From the sequence record MT682711.1: a stretch of DNA of 64,000 nucleotides; one strand, written 5' to 3'. Positions 45,250-56,224 of this stretch are shown piece by piece (the stretch's first letter is position 1; each line of letters begins with the position of its first letter). The position numbers and the translations under genes were made by a program. A model generated the notes under the pieces. That model saw only the letters and a list, made by a program, of their open reading frames with translations. It made no database searches and was not told the origin of the DNA. The stretch comes from Escherichia phage vB_EcoM_FB.

Positions 45250-45369
45250 AACTAGATATGTATCAAGACATATTAAAAAGCTAGGATTAGATTTTTATAA
45301 ATTTAATCGTGATATAACAGAAACTAATGTTTCCATAGTTAGAAATATTTTAGAACAAAGGAAAGCGCT

Positions 45370-47157
45370 ATGATTAACATGTCTGATAATGTAAGTTGGT
45401 TCGTCGGTGTAGTTGAAGACCGAATGGACCCGCTCCAACAAGGCCGAGTACGCGTGCGCGTATGGGGTATGCATCCTTACGAAAAGGTCCAAGGTCCTGT
45501 AAAAGGCCTTCGTACAGAGGATTTACCGTGGATGTCCGTATTAATGCCTACATCTTCTGCCTCTGTTTCTGGTATCCAAACCGCTATGACTGGTATGGTT
45601 CCAGGTACTCAGGTTTATGGGCACTTTCTTGATAAGTGGAAATTAAACGGGCTTGTCCTCGGTACATATGGTTCCGCTTCAAGACAAAAGGCTAATCCTA
45701 ATGAAGGTTTTAGTGACCCGACAGGTCAATACCCACTTTATTTGGGTAATGATGCTGCAGCACTAAACCGAGGTGGTGAAGTTGGATACGATGCCACTTC
45801 CAACGTAATACAAGATGCAAACACCGATGTAGGTATTAATCCTGATGGTTTAGATTTGAGCCAGGTTAAGCCTGATGATAATCCTAATTTCACAATAGAA
45901 AACATGCTTCACCGTGATGAAGGGCTTCGACTGAAGGTATATTGGGACACCGAAGGATACCCTACTATCGGTATAGGTCACCTTATTACACCACAACCTA
46001 TTAGAGATATGAATCAAATAAACAAAATATTATCTAATCAGGTAGGACGAGAAGTTAAAGGTAACCCTGGTGCAATATCAATGGACGAGGTTTCTAAATT
46101 ATTCCAAGACGACCTTAAAAAAGTCCAAAACGATATAGGCAGGCATAGTGTTGTAGGTCCTGTTTATAATAAAGAAAACCGTTCGAGACAAATGGCTCTT
46201 GAAAACATGGCTTTCCAAATGGGATTGGGCGGCTTGGCTAAATTCCGTGGAATGCTTAGTGCAATGCTAATAGGCGATTATAAAAAGGCATTTGAGGAAG
46301 CTCGTAATTCAGTATGGTTTAACCAAACTAAAGGCCGTGCATCAAGGGTGTCAATGATTATCCTCACAGGTAACATGGAATCATATGGTATTATGGCCCC
46401 TAAAGAAAGGTCATTTAATGGCCGTTCGTATAGAATGATTCAAACCTTTGTGGCCCCTACAAATTCAGACCCTGCCGACCCGTGGACTCCAGAAGACACA
46501 AGGATTCTTTTTAAAGAACCTGATTCTAGTTATAAAGGCGAATATCCATATGTCCAAACCATGCAAACTGAAGGCGGGCATATCCAAGAATTCGATAATA
46601 CTCCAGGGCAAGAACGATACCGTTTAATCCATCCTACCGGTAGTTATGAAGAAGTTGCTCCTGATGGACGTAAAACTTCTAAGACGGTAGCCGATGGTTA
46701 TTATATGACCCAAGGCGATTCAAATACTTATGTTGGTGGTAATAATAAAGTCAACGTTGGTGGCGATGAAACCTATTATAATATGGCAAACGTGCGCCGT
46801 CAAACTGATGGGTCTGAAAGCATTCATATTCGAGGGAATGAAACCAAAACTGTAGAAGGTAATGGAACTCTGCTTGTTAAAGGAAATGTTAAAATAGTTA
46901 TTATGGGTACTGCTGATATAACTGTTGAACAAGAAGCATATATTACGGTTGAAAAAGATACAACAGTTAATGTCAACCAGAATGCAGATATAAGCGTTAA
47001 ACAAAAGGCCACAATCAATGCTCAAAATATGGATGTAAATGTCGAACAAGATTTAAATTTTGCAGCGACGAACATTAATTTAAACGCATCAAATACTGTG
47101 CATATGGATGGCGGTTCATTAGCTAAAGTATCTGGTGGCAACGTACAGGTCGGTTAA
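45370..47157 (+). CDS. 5: baseplate central spike gp5 with lysozyme domain
   Basis: N-terminal OB-like region, internal lysozyme block (HRDEGLRLKVYWDTEGYPTIGIGHL), C-terminal V-N-V repeat beta-helix. Confidence 0.85.
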   Translation: MINMSDNVSWFVGVVEDRMDPLQQGRVRVRVWGMHPYEKVQGPVKGLRTEDLPWMSVLMPTSSASVSGIQTAMTGMVPGTQVYGHFLDKWKLNGLVLGTYGSASRQKANPNEGFSDPTGQYPLYLGNDAAALNRGGEVGYDATSNVIQDANTDVGINPDGLDLSQVKPDDNPNFTIENMLHRDEGLRLKVYWDTEGYPTIGIGHLITPQPIRDMNQINKILSNQVGREVKGNPGAISMDEVSKLFQDDLKKVQNDIGRHSVVGPVYNKENRSRQMALENMAFQMGLGGLAKFRGMLSAMLIGDYKKAFEEARNSVWFNQTKGRASRVSMIILTGNMESYGIMAPKERSFNGRSYRMIQTFVAPTNSDPADPWTPEDTRILFKEPDSSYKGEYPYVQTMQTEGGHIQEFDNTPGQERYRLIHPTGSYEEVAPDGRKTSKTVADGYYMTQGDSNTYVGGNNKVNVGGDETYYNMANVRRQTDGSESIHIRGNETKTVEGNGTLLVKGNVKIVIMGTADITVEQEAYITVEKDTTVNVNQNADISVKQKATINAQNMDVNVEQDLNFAATNINLNASNTVHMDGGSLAKVSGGNVQVG

Positions 47158-47158
47158 T

Positions 47159-49222
47159 ATGAATTACTACGATAAAGTTGATGAAGTGGTAGGGACTGTA
47201 ACAAGTCCCTGTGATGACGCAGTAGGACCCGGTGAATATCGCCGGGTTAAATGGGAATTATATAACCCAACAGGTGCTTTTATTCAACCTGGGAATGGCG
47301 TTGAATGGGATACCGAGATTATTCCACTAGCTACACATTTATACACACAAAATCCATTTGGTAATAAGTCCGAAACTTTTCCTGCACCTCCCCCACCGGA
47401 AGATGGAACAAGTCAAGGTATCTGGTGTGCTAAACTCGGAATATTCTTTATTACGCAATTGGATTTAGAAAATTATGTAGAATCGATTGGTGCAACTCTT
47501 TTGCCCGGTAATGATTGGTACGGCGCTGATTTATCAAAATCTGTATTGTATAAAACATCTATTGAATATGATATGTATCGCATCGAAAACTGTGGCGGTG
47601 TATGGACATCACAAGGCCCCAGAATGGACCCCAGGACGATGATTGCAGTTACGGCTGATTATCATATGTATGTCAACTTTAACGGCCTTGGTGACTCCCG
47701 CAGGGCTTATTTGAAGTACTATGAGACAAAACCTTGTACTTATGTTGGACTGGTATTAAATCTAGATGTTGATACGAGTATCCCAGGAACTCCGATTCCG
47801 GGACCGGTATCCATCGGGTCTTTACCGCCAGAAATAACCGGGCGAGCCAGGGCAATAGGCTGTGTTCCTTTTACAGCGGAATTCCCTTACAACGGATTGA
47901 CCAATGCGATTATGGCTTCATGGAATACATCTAGGAATTCATTCAAATTATATTGGGATATGCTCCCTGGATGGCCATCATCTGGTGGAACCGATTGGGA
48001 AAAATTCTTCGATTCTGGTTATAGTAAGCTATCGGTCGCAATGGAAGAGCTAGGCAACTCAGCTGTTGCTATGTGTCAATATGTTCAGCAAATGGCTTTT
48101 CTTGCATTTAAAGATGCCATATCACAGGTCTTGAATATTGTTGGCGGTGGGTGGGACTTACTTAAAAGCTTTTTACCCTCGATTACTATTATGGGCATGA
48201 CTATTGACCTAGAAGACCTCTGCACTTCAGGTGATGGTGTACAGAAATTAAAAGAAGCATGGAAAAACTTTAATTTAGAAGAAACCATCCAATCGATTTA
48301 TTCTGCCATTGGGTCTGCATACGATTATTCGGTTGAACGCGTCAAGATGTATTCGCGTGACCTTATTGATGCAATTACAGACTTGTATGACTGGGCCTGG
48401 TCTCAATTGCTTATGGCTGGTGTTGCATTATCAAAACTGTGTGTAGACCTCGCTCAAATATGGAGTATGCCTCCTATAGTTCCGAACCCAGTTTGGAGCG
48501 TTATTACTGCGGTCAAGGAAATGATGAAGCAAGTTAAACCACTGGACATGATAATGAGCGGTAACTTTCCAGGATTCACAGCATCAGATGTTTATCAAAT
48601 GGTTATGGAAAAGGTAGACCAGAAAATAGACGAAGCTTATGCAATGATTGAGGCTCTTAAAACCCAGGCACTCAATCTGTGGAATGAGATTAAGCTCAAA
48701 AAGCAAGAAGTACAAAAACAAGCTATTGAATTTAAACAATATCTTTCAGGAATGTACGAAAAAGTTACAGACGAGCTAACTGCTCAGAAGGAAGCCGCAT
48801 TAGCACAAGCTGAAGCTGCACTCGAACTTTTAAAGAATAAATATAATCAGATTAAGAACTCTATTACCGAAAGTCAAACCTCCGTTTCTGATGTATTAGA
48901 TATGGCTTTAGAAGAATTCAAAAAACTTCCTATTGTGGCTCAAATGGAAGAACTTCTCGGTATGCTCGGAGCTACTGTAGATGATATCATGGTTATATAC
49001 GAGAACTCAGTAACTAAAGCAAAATCTTTATATCACGAATTTACTGATGGTTCCAGGTCAATGAAAGACTTGTGCAAATCAATGTATAACCAAATATCAA
49101 CATTATCCTTAAGTAAGGTGGTACAATGGATTAATAAGATGCTGGGAATATTCGGTTTAACGATTGCATTTCCATCCCTTTCCATTTGCATACCTTGTTT
49201 AGAATCTCCTACTAGGAATTAA
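47159..49222 (+). CDS. large protein of unknown function between genes 5 and 6
   Basis: 687-codon ORF; ATG overlaps gp5 stop (TAATATG), ends 1 nt before gene 6 ATG; no motif recognised. Confidence 0.6.
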   Translation: MNYYDKVDEVVGTVTSPCDDAVGPGEYRRVKWELYNPTGAFIQPGNGVEWDTEIIPLATHLYTQNPFGNKSETFPAPPPPEDGTSQGIWCAKLGIFFITQLDLENYVESIGATLLPGNDWYGADLSKSVLYKTSIEYDMYRIENCGGVWTSQGPRMDPRTMIAVTADYHMYVNFNGLGDSRRAYLKYYETKPCTYVGLVLNLDVDTSIPGTPIPGPVSIGSLPPEITGRARAIGCVPFTAEFPYNGLTNAIMASWNTSRNSFKLYWDMLPGWPSSGGTDWEKFFDSGYSKLSVAMEELGNSAVAMCQYVQQMAFLAFKDAISQVLNIVGGGWDLLKSFLPSITIMGMTIDLEDLCTSGDGVQKLKEAWKNFNLEETIQSIYSAIGSAYDYSVERVKMYSRDLIDAITDLYDWAWSQLLMAGVALSKLCVDLAQIWSMPPIVPNPVWSVITAVKEMMKQVKPLDMIMSGNFPGFTASDVYQMVMEKVDQKIDEAYAMIEALKTQALNLWNEIKLKKQEVQKQAIEFKQYLSGMYEKVTDELTAQKEAALAQAEAALELLKNKYNQIKNSITESQTSVSDVLDMALEEFKKLPIVAQMEELLGMLGATVDDIMVIYENSVTKAKSLYHEFTDGSRSMKDLCKSMYNQISTLSLSKVVQWINKMLGIFGLTIAFPSLSICIPCLESPTRN

Positions 49223-49223
49223 A

Positions 49224-51182
49224 ATGGCTACTCCTACGAATTACCAATTAACAAGAACCGTTAACGCTATCCCAAAAGTATTTGTGGGAGCTACGTTTGA
49301 AGAGATTAAAAAGAATATTATTGATTGGCTTTCTAGCCAGGACGAATTTAAGGATTACGATTTCGTTGGTTCGCGAATGAATATCCTGATTGACATGTTA
49401 GCTTACAACACCCTGTATATGCAGCAGTTTGCTAATACCGCGGTATATGAATCTTTCATCGGTACCGCTAACTTGCGTTCCTCCGTCGTCCAGGCTGCAC
49501 AGGATAACGGCTATTTGCCAAGTTCTAAATCAGCAGCCAAAACAAGTATCATGTTGACCTGTACCCAAGCCCTGAATGAAAAGAATATTCGTATCCCGCG
49601 TGGTACTAAATTCTTGGCCTATGCCCGTGATACTTCAGCAGACCCGTATGCTTTTGTTACCACGGAAAACGTTATTGCCGTACGTGATGTTAATAACCAA
49701 TATCTTCCTATCGTATCTTTAGCACAAGGTCGTATTATCCGTACTGAACTTAAGTATGACCCTAAAACTCCTATTCTTATTCGTGACCCGGATATTGATA
49801 GACAGGAAGTTAAACTTTATGTCGATGGCGCAGAATGGACTAACTGGACTAATAAATCCATGGTTCATGCTGGTAGTACATCAACAATTTACTATATGCG
49901 TGAAACCGTAGATGGTAATACTGAATTCTTCTTTGGTGAAGGTGTTGCTGAAAAATCAGTTGCAGGTGGGGTATTAGAAGCTAATTATATTGGTGGTTTA
50001 AAACCTGTTAAAGATGCTACCATTGTTATAGAATACCTTCGTACAGATGGTGAAGTTGCTAACGGGGCAGTGGACTTTAGTTATGCGGATTCTTTGGCAT
50101 ATATTACGGTTGAAAAAATTACAGAAAACTACGATGAAAACCCGGATTATGTAGGTGCTGACGGTGGTGGTGACCCTGAAGATATTGAACGTATTCGTGA
50201 ACTTGCTGTAGTTAAACGTGAAGCCCAGATGCGTGCTGTAACCGGTACAGATTATGATACATTCGTTTCGGAGCGATTTGGTTCTATTGTACAAGCAGTA
50301 CAAACCTTTACAGACCCAAATAAACCAGGTTATGCCTTTGTTACCATTAAACCTAAATCAGGATTGTATTTGACTGCGGTTCAACGCGAAGATATCCAAA
50401 ATTATCTTTCAGAATTTAACTTGGCACCTATTACCCCTTCGGTTATTTCTCCTGACTACTTGTTCTTGAAGCATAAAATTAAGGTTTCATATGCACTGAA
50501 CAAATTACAGGAATCCGAACAATGGTTAACGGCTCAAATCCTTTCCCAAATAGACCGTTATTATATTAACGAAGTTGAAATATTCAACCACGGATTTGCC
50601 AAGTCTAAAATGCTGACTTATATTGATAATGCAGACCACAGTATCCTTGGCTCTTCGGCTACGGTAACAATGGTTCGCGAGGTATTAAACTTCTTCAAAA
50701 CACCTGAAGCGGGTATTAAATACTATAATCAATACACCAACCGTTCTGTAACTTCTAGTGAATTTGAGTTCGTCCCAACAAACGTATCGGATGTTGTTAA
50801 ATCTTACAACGTACGTATTGTTGCCACAGATAAAGACGAACGAGGCGATGGTAAAATGGTTATAGGTCCTTTCCGACCTGGCGATGTAATTGAAAACCAA
50901 TACATCCAACCTTACACCGGAGATGACTTTGATAAAATGGCAGCGCCTGCAGACCAATCAGTCTACTATGTTATTGGCGAAATTGATTATTACTCAGATT
51001 TTATTTTCTGGGATATTGCCGCAATAGGCCTTACTTCCGACCGTTTTGAAGTCCAGTCTATTGAACTGTATGCAGGGCCAGACCAAGACAACATCTTTAC
51101 CAAAGACGGTTCTTTAATCGTATTTGAAGATGACCTTCGTCCTCAGTACACAACTATAGAGTTGGAACCAATTACAATATAA
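49224..51182 (+). CDS. 6: baseplate wedge protein gp6
   Basis: MATPTNYQLTRTVNAIPKVFVGATFEEIKKNI..LAYNTLYMQQF matches T4 gp6 N-terminus as recalled. Confidence 0.85.
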   Translation: MATPTNYQLTRTVNAIPKVFVGATFEEIKKNIIDWLSSQDEFKDYDFVGSRMNILIDMLAYNTLYMQQFANTAVYESFIGTANLRSSVVQAAQDNGYLPSSKSAAKTSIMLTCTQALNEKNIRIPRGTKFLAYARDTSADPYAFVTTENVIAVRDVNNQYLPIVSLAQGRIIRTELKYDPKTPILIRDPDIDRQEVKLYVDGAEWTNWTNKSMVHAGSTSTIYYMRETVDGNTEFFFGEGVAEKSVAGGVLEANYIGGLKPVKDATIVIEYLRTDGEVANGAVDFSYADSLAYITVEKITENYDENPDYVGADGGGDPEDIERIRELAVVKREAQMRAVTGTDYDTFVSERFGSIVQAVQTFTDPNKPGYAFVTIKPKSGLYLTAVQREDIQNYLSEFNLAPITPSVISPDYLFLKHKIKVSYALNKLQESEQWLTAQILSQIDRYYINEVEIFNHGFAKSKMLTYIDNADHSILGSSATVTMVREVLNFFKTPEAGIKYYNQYTNRSVTSSEFEFVPTNVSDVVKSYNVRIVATDKDERGDGKMVIGPFRPGDVIENQYIQPYTGDDFDKMAAPADQSVYYVIGEIDYYSDFIFWDIAAIGLTSDRFEVQSIELYAGPDQDNIFTKDGSLIVFEDDLRPQYTTIELEPITI

Positions 51183-51209
51183 GCCTCTTCGGAGGTTTAA
51201 GGAGATTTA

Positions 51210-54200
51210 ATGTCTGTACAAGCGCCTTATGTTACTAGTCTGAGAATTGATAAACTCTCGGCCAACCATGTGAGCATTCTTTGGGATGACGTAGGCGCCA
51301 ACTTCTATTATTTCGTAGAACTGGCCCAAACGAAGGATGCGGGTGTAGAAATTCCCGACGATAGATTATTTTGGAGAAATTTAGGTTACACCCCTAATAA
51401 CGAATGGTTTGAAGAGGCATTCATTTCTCCTAATTCATTTTATAAAATGCGAGTTGCGGTGGCCGCCCAGGGGTTTGAGCAGTCTGAATGGGTTTACACT
51501 GAAGAATTTGAAACTTTCTCTACCAACGCATATACATTTGAGCATATGCGCGAATTCGCGTTGTCTAATAAATTTATTGAAGAAAAATTCACAAAAAATA
51601 ATCAGAATTATGTGAACTTTAATACTGACGCCATTATGGCTTCTTTGATGAGTGAAGATTTTAACTTTACGCCAGCGTATTCGCATTTGTCATCTATATC
51701 AAATTATGTTTTAAAAGCCGACCGTTTCCATGAAATCCAAGGAAGCATCCAAGCGGTTTGTAAAGACCCTAAACGTTCTATTTTAATGGAACTTGGTGGT
51801 GTACTTTACCTTTTAGAAAGATTCCAAAGTACCGCTAAGGTTTCTAATGATAAAGGGCAGAACTGGCATTATATCCGTTTGTTTAATGACCGAGTAGGTA
51901 ACCCTGTTTCGCGTACAGCACATTACCAAACTGAAACTACTACGTATGTTCTAGGTTATGACCAAATATTTTACGGACGTAAATCAAGTGATATTCGTTG
52001 GTCTGCCGACGATGTCCGTTTTAGCTCTCAAGATGTAACATTTGCTAAAATAGGTAGTGATATCGACCTTCCATTTGAAATCGAGATATTTGGTTCTTAT
52101 GCAAAACTTCCTTTGCCTATTTCCACTATTGCTGAAGCTATATGCGCTTCTGACGATTTCATTTATGTTGCAGGTAGAGACAGAGTTTATAAAGCAAAAA
52201 CATCTGAGGCTCCTATAGACACCGACCCTAGTTCTCCGACTTATGGAGAGAAGATATTTGAAAGCGGATATTCAACTATCACAGGGAACCCTAAAGCAGT
52301 TTGTTATAAATTAGATTCTATCCAAGGCCGTACATTTGCTTTAATTACAGGTGAAGTTAAAGAAGAAAAAATGGACCCTACGGTCGAATCCAATGTGGTT
52401 GATTCTGAATCCAAAGGTGTTTATTGGTTAGACACTTCAACTGATACATGGACTCGTGTATTTGGAAACACCGAAGAAGAACGTCGTCGTATAGAGCATG
52501 GGTATACCAGCATGTCTACCGACGGAGAGGAATTATTTTTCAGTTCAAGCAACTTTAGATATGAAGTAGAGGTTGATTCTGAGCTTCCTTTGGAATACCC
52601 TGAAATTGTCACCTCCGCCGTTAAATATGTTAAAGATGAACAATGGATTCACGATAAACATTATTTGATGATGAGTTTTAGGTCTAACTCTAAATCCGAT
52701 TTCAAAGAATTTAAACCTGGGCGTATGGCTTATTATGCCGAACCATTCTTTAGTTGGTCTCGACGCGATGGAACCCGTTCATGGATTACCACCGGTGACC
52801 ATGCGATGGTTGTTTATAACGATGCTTTATACCAGAAAATTATCGACCTGAACAGTGGTTCTTCACCTGAACGTATTGTTCATGAGATTTGGAATAAAGG
52901 TTTTTGTAAAGTCACATCTCCTAATATAGAGTTCAACGGCTTTAAGAAATATTCTTCTGGAATGATGATTCACAAATCTACAGGTGAATTGGTTGGATAT
53001 TTTGAATTCGACTATCGTGTACGCGATGAAGTCCGTGTTATTTGGAAGCCTAAAGAAATTATGTTTACGGCTGAATTGCAAAACCAAGAACATGAAATCC
53101 CGTGGAAACCTAAAGAGGAAGTTGGTGAGCAAGACCCGGACCTCCAGCCTTTACTGGTTAAAATGATTCCAGATAGTTATTTGCTTCAAGATAGCAACTT
53201 TGAAAAATTCTGTGAATACTATCTCCAATTTATTAGTGATGGCTCAGGTACACACTATAATAATTTGTTGAATCTTATTCGTAACCAATACCCACGTGAA
53301 GAAGATTCATGGGAATATTTGTGGTCGGAAATCTATAAGCGTAATATCTATTTGTCGAAAGAAAAACGCGACGAAGTAGTTCGTTTTTTCCAGGCGCGCC
53401 AAACCGATTTTTGGTCTACAAAAGGTACCGAAGCTTCATATAAATTCCTGTTTAAATTGCTTTACAATGAAGATGTAGAAATTGATATCGAGTCCAAGAA
53501 CTCTATCGAATATGATATCATCGTAGAATCTGATAATATCAGTGAAGATATCGTAGGCCAAACGATTTATACTCCTACAGGTCGTAGTAATGTTACTTAT
53601 ATAGAACGAAATTACAAAGATGGTAAACTGCAATGGCGTTTAACCATTCATAATCTTTTAGGTCGTTTTATAGTCGGACAGGAAATTAAATCTGAACGTA
53701 CTTCGTTCAAGGGTATGATTGTTCAGGGCGTACGTGGTAAAGAGCTTTTGAGTAACAATATCGACTATATCAACCGTAACCGTTCTTATTATGTGATGAC
53801 CATTAAGTCTAATCTCCCTACTTCTCGTTATCGCAACGATGTTTTGAGATTTGTTCATCCAGTAGGTTTCGGCTTTGTAGGTATAACTTTGCTTTCTATG
53901 TTCGTTAACGTAGGTTTAACGCTAAAACATACAGAAACTATTATTAATATCCTTAAGAACTACAAATGGGACTCAGGTTTGCCATCTGAATGGTATGATA
54001 GAGTTGCTGTAATAGGTTTTGATGGTAATATAGAACGAGACCCTAGAACAGGACTTCCGGTTTATAACGTTGGACCTAAAGCAGGAGAACCGTTTGATAT
54101 CCCTGCAGATTATGATGCGGAAAATGATTTCTCTGTATTCCAAGGTCAATTACCACACGAACGTATTAAAAAGCATAGTCCATTGTTTGACCAAAGTGCT

Positions 54201-54305
54201 GTGACCTTTGCCAATTGGCGTGCACTGGTTGATAAGCGTCTTAAAGACGATATTGGAAATCCTAGAGACCCTAAAGTTCCAACTCAGGTAAAAATTAATG
54301 ATTAA
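51210..54305 (+). CDS. 7: baseplate wedge initiator gp7
   Basis: 1031 aa at the T4 gp7 position and size. Confidence 0.8.
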   Translation: MSVQAPYVTSLRIDKLSANHVSILWDDVGANFYYFVELAQTKDAGVEIPDDRLFWRNLGYTPNNEWFEEAFISPNSFYKMRVAVAAQGFEQSEWVYTEEFETFSTNAYTFEHMREFALSNKFIEEKFTKNNQNYVNFNTDAIMASLMSEDFNFTPAYSHLSSISNYVLKADRFHEIQGSIQAVCKDPKRSILMELGGVLYLLERFQSTAKVSNDKGQNWHYIRLFNDRVGNPVSRTAHYQTETTTYVLGYDQIFYGRKSSDIRWSADDVRFSSQDVTFAKIGSDIDLPFEIEIFGSYAKLPLPISTIAEAICASDDFIYVAGRDRVYKAKTSEAPIDTDPSSPTYGEKIFESGYSTITGNPKAVCYKLDSIQGRTFALITGEVKEEKMDPTVESNVVDSESKGVYWLDTSTDTWTRVFGNTEEERRRIEHGYTSMSTDGEELFFSSSNFRYEVEVDSELPLEYPEIVTSAVKYVKDEQWIHDKHYLMMSFRSNSKSDFKEFKPGRMAYYAEPFFSWSRRDGTRSWITTGDHAMVVYNDALYQKIIDLNSGSSPERIVHEIWNKGFCKVTSPNIEFNGFKKYSSGMMIHKSTGELVGYFEFDYRVRDEVRVIWKPKEIMFTAELQNQEHEIPWKPKEEVGEQDPDLQPLLVKMIPDSYLLQDSNFEKFCEYYLQFISDGSGTHYNNLLNLIRNQYPREEDSWEYLWSEIYKRNIYLSKEKRDEVVRFFQARQTDFWSTKGTEASYKFLFKLLYNEDVEIDIESKNSIEYDIIVESDNISEDIVGQTIYTPTGRSNVTYIERNYKDGKLQWRLTIHNLLGRFIVGQEIKSERTSFKGMIVQGVRGKELLSNNIDYINRNRSYYVMTIKSNLPTSRYRNDVLRFVHPVGFGFVGITLLSMFVNVGLTLKHTETIINILKNYKWDSGLPSEWYDRVAVIGFDGNIERDPRTGLPVYNVGPKAGEPFDIPADYDAENDFSVFQGQLPHERIKKHSPLFDQSAVTFANWRALVDKRLKDDIGNPRDPKVPTQVKIND

Positions 54306-55302
54306 TTCTACAGTAGTTTATCGTTCTATTGTTACTTCAAAATTTAGAACGGAAAAAATGTACAACTTTTACAGAACAATAGGTGATGGTGAAGACCAGA
54401 ACACCATGTATGTATCTTTCGGAAGGGCCCGACCATGGGCCGATAACGAAAACGACCCAGGTTTTGCCCCGCCATATCCTGTAGATGATTCTGAAGGCGT
54501 AGAAGACGTCTGGACAAACATGATGGGATGCGTTAAGGTTTATAAGAGCATGTTGGATTGTGTTGTCCCGCGCAAAGACTGGGGCGATACCTCTTATCCT
54601 AATCCGTTTACTTTCCAGATTGGTGAAATTGTAGTGGCGAACAGCCAGCCGCAAAACCGTACTGATGTCGGTGCCGGGTGGATGGTTTATCGTTGTGTAG
54701 ATATCCCAGAATCAGGTACATGTTCTATTTTGTCCCTTGATAATAAAACTGAGTGTATTAAACTTGGTGGTAAATGGACCTCAAATGTACAGTCGGTTAA
54801 AGCTCCAGCAGGTCAAGGTGATACGGAAGGTATGGTTGATACGGGTGATGGGTATCTCTGGGAATATTTGTATGAGATTCCACCTGATGTAAGTATTAAC
54901 CGTTGCACTAATGAATATATCGTGGTTCCATGGCCAGAAGAAATTGCCGAAGACCCGGAACGTTGGGGATACGAGAATAACCTTACTTGGCAGCAAGACG
55001 ATTATGGATTGATTTATCGTATTAAAGGCAATACCATTCGTTTTAAAGCATTCTTAGATTCAGTTTACTTCCCTGAATTTAGTCTTCCTGGTAACAAAGG
55101 ATTTAGACAGCTTTCGATAATCTCTAATCCATTAGAAGCTAAAGCTCACCCATCCGATCCGATCATTAAAGCCGAAAAAGAGTACTATGATGTTATAGAC
55201 CTCTCCCGCCATTCAGGTGAAATGATTTATATGGAAAACCGTCCTCCGGTTATTCGTTCCATGGACCAAACAGAAGAAATTAACATTATCTTCGAATTCT
55301 AA
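54298..55302 (+). CDS. 8: baseplate wedge protein gp8
   Basis: 334 aa; VYRSIVTSKFRTEKM..INRCTNEYIVVPWPEE matches T4 gp8 as recalled. Confidence 0.85.
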   Translation: MINSTVVYRSIVTSKFRTEKMYNFYRTIGDGEDQNTMYVSFGRARPWADNENDPGFAPPYPVDDSEGVEDVWTNMMGCVKVYKSMLDCVVPRKDWGDTSYPNPFTFQIGEIVVANSQPQNRTDVGAGWMVYRCVDIPESGTCSILSLDNKTECIKLGGKWTSNVQSVKAPAGQGDTEGMVDTGDGYLWEYLYEIPPDVSINRCTNEYIVVPWPEEIAEDPERWGYENNLTWQQDDYGLIYRIKGNTIRFKAFLDSVYFPEFSLPGNKGFRQLSIISNPLEAKAHPSDPIIKAEKEYYDVIDLSRHSGEMIYMENRPPVIRSMDQTEEINIIFEF

Positions 55303-55304
55303 TA

Positions 55305-55329
55305 AGGGCCGCAAGGCCCTTTCGGGTTT
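55305..55329 (+). terminator. weak terminator-like hairpin after gene 8
   Basis: GGGCC-GCAA-GGCCC then TTTCGGGTTT; followed by near-consensus late box TAATAAATA. Confidence 0.35.
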
Positions 55330-55363
55330 AATAAATACAGTATATCAATAATGAGGCATACCT

Positions 55364-56224
55364 ATGATTAAGCAAACTGGTAAAGAACTAATTGACGTCG
55401 GTGAAATTGGTAATGCCAGCACCGGCGACATTCTTTATGATGGCGGTGTTAAACTGAACACTGACTTAAACAACATATATAATACTTTCGGCGACCAACG
55501 CAAAACTGCTTTAACTGGTGAATTAACCGGTCAGAAATTACACGCTACAGGTTATTATCAAAAATTTGGTGATATGGACCAAGCAAGCTCAGTAGATTTA
55601 GGCTCTTTGGTGGATATCGATGCTTCTACCGGTTCTATCGTATTAACCACTGTAAAAGGTGCAGTCGGTGAAGGAATCGAGATTATCAACTCTAACGGGA
55701 GTATTTCTTCCACTAATTATCTTGAAATCCGTATATTGGATACTTTTGCAAGCCATTCAACTTCGACTTTGCGTATCGTAACACCCTATACACGGGTTCT
55801 TTTATGGTGTGTATCGGATACAAACGGCGTTGCAGTATGGGATTATTCAATTGAAAGTATGTTTGGTGATAAACGAGTTCCATTAAATAAGACATATAAT
55901 ATATCTTCTGTCGCTCGTGATATTCCGGTGGTTTATTCCGGCCAGTATTCATTGGTCAAACTTTTAGTTACGGCAGTGAATGCCAACGAAACCATTTACA
56001 AAGCTTCAGAATATCTTGTGTTTATCGACAACCAAGCTAAAAAGATTTATTCCACCGAATACGCTGTTATTAAACGTGGGCAAACTTCAGATGATGACGA
56101 AATTTATTCCCTAGATTTTAAATTCGATACATCAAACTATATTATCGCGACCGCTTCTTCTGTCAATCCTATGAGGCTTGCAATTAAGGTCGTAGAAACC
56201 CAAACTATTGGAGTTCCAGTATAA
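55364..56224 (+). CDS. 9: baseplate wedge / long-tail-fibre socket protein gp9
   Basis: 286 aa; LIDVGEIGNASTGDILYDGG matches T4 gp9 as recalled. Confidence 0.85.
   Translation: MIKQTGKELIDVGEIGNASTGDILYDGGVKLNTDLNNIYNTFGDQRKTALTGELTGQKLHATGYYQKFGDMDQASSVDLGSLVDIDASTGSIVLTTVKGAVGEGIEIINSNGSISSTNYLEIRILDTFASHSTSTLRIVTPYTRVLLWCVSDTNGVAVWDYSIESMFGDKRVPLNKTYNISSVARDIPVVYSGQYSLVKLLVTAVNANETIYKASEYLVFIDNQAKKIYSTEYAVIKRGQTSDDDEIYSLDFKFDTSNYIIATASSVNPMRLAIKVVETQTIGVPV

Noticed and set aside
45296-45303. Late promoter for gene 5 at TATAAATT
   Set aside because: One mismatch to the strongly conserved TATAAATA and about 66 nt from the ATG; gene 5 may instead be read through from the gene 53 promoter.
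45295-45492. Minus-strand ORF across the gene 5 start
   Set aside because: Antisense in the late structural operon and overlaps the gene 5 initiation region.
46720-47049. Minus-strand ORFs and short periodicities inside the gene 5 3-prime end
   Set aside because: This is the gp5 C-terminal beta-helix (V-N-V-x repeats); the periodicity is coding repeat structure, not an independent element.
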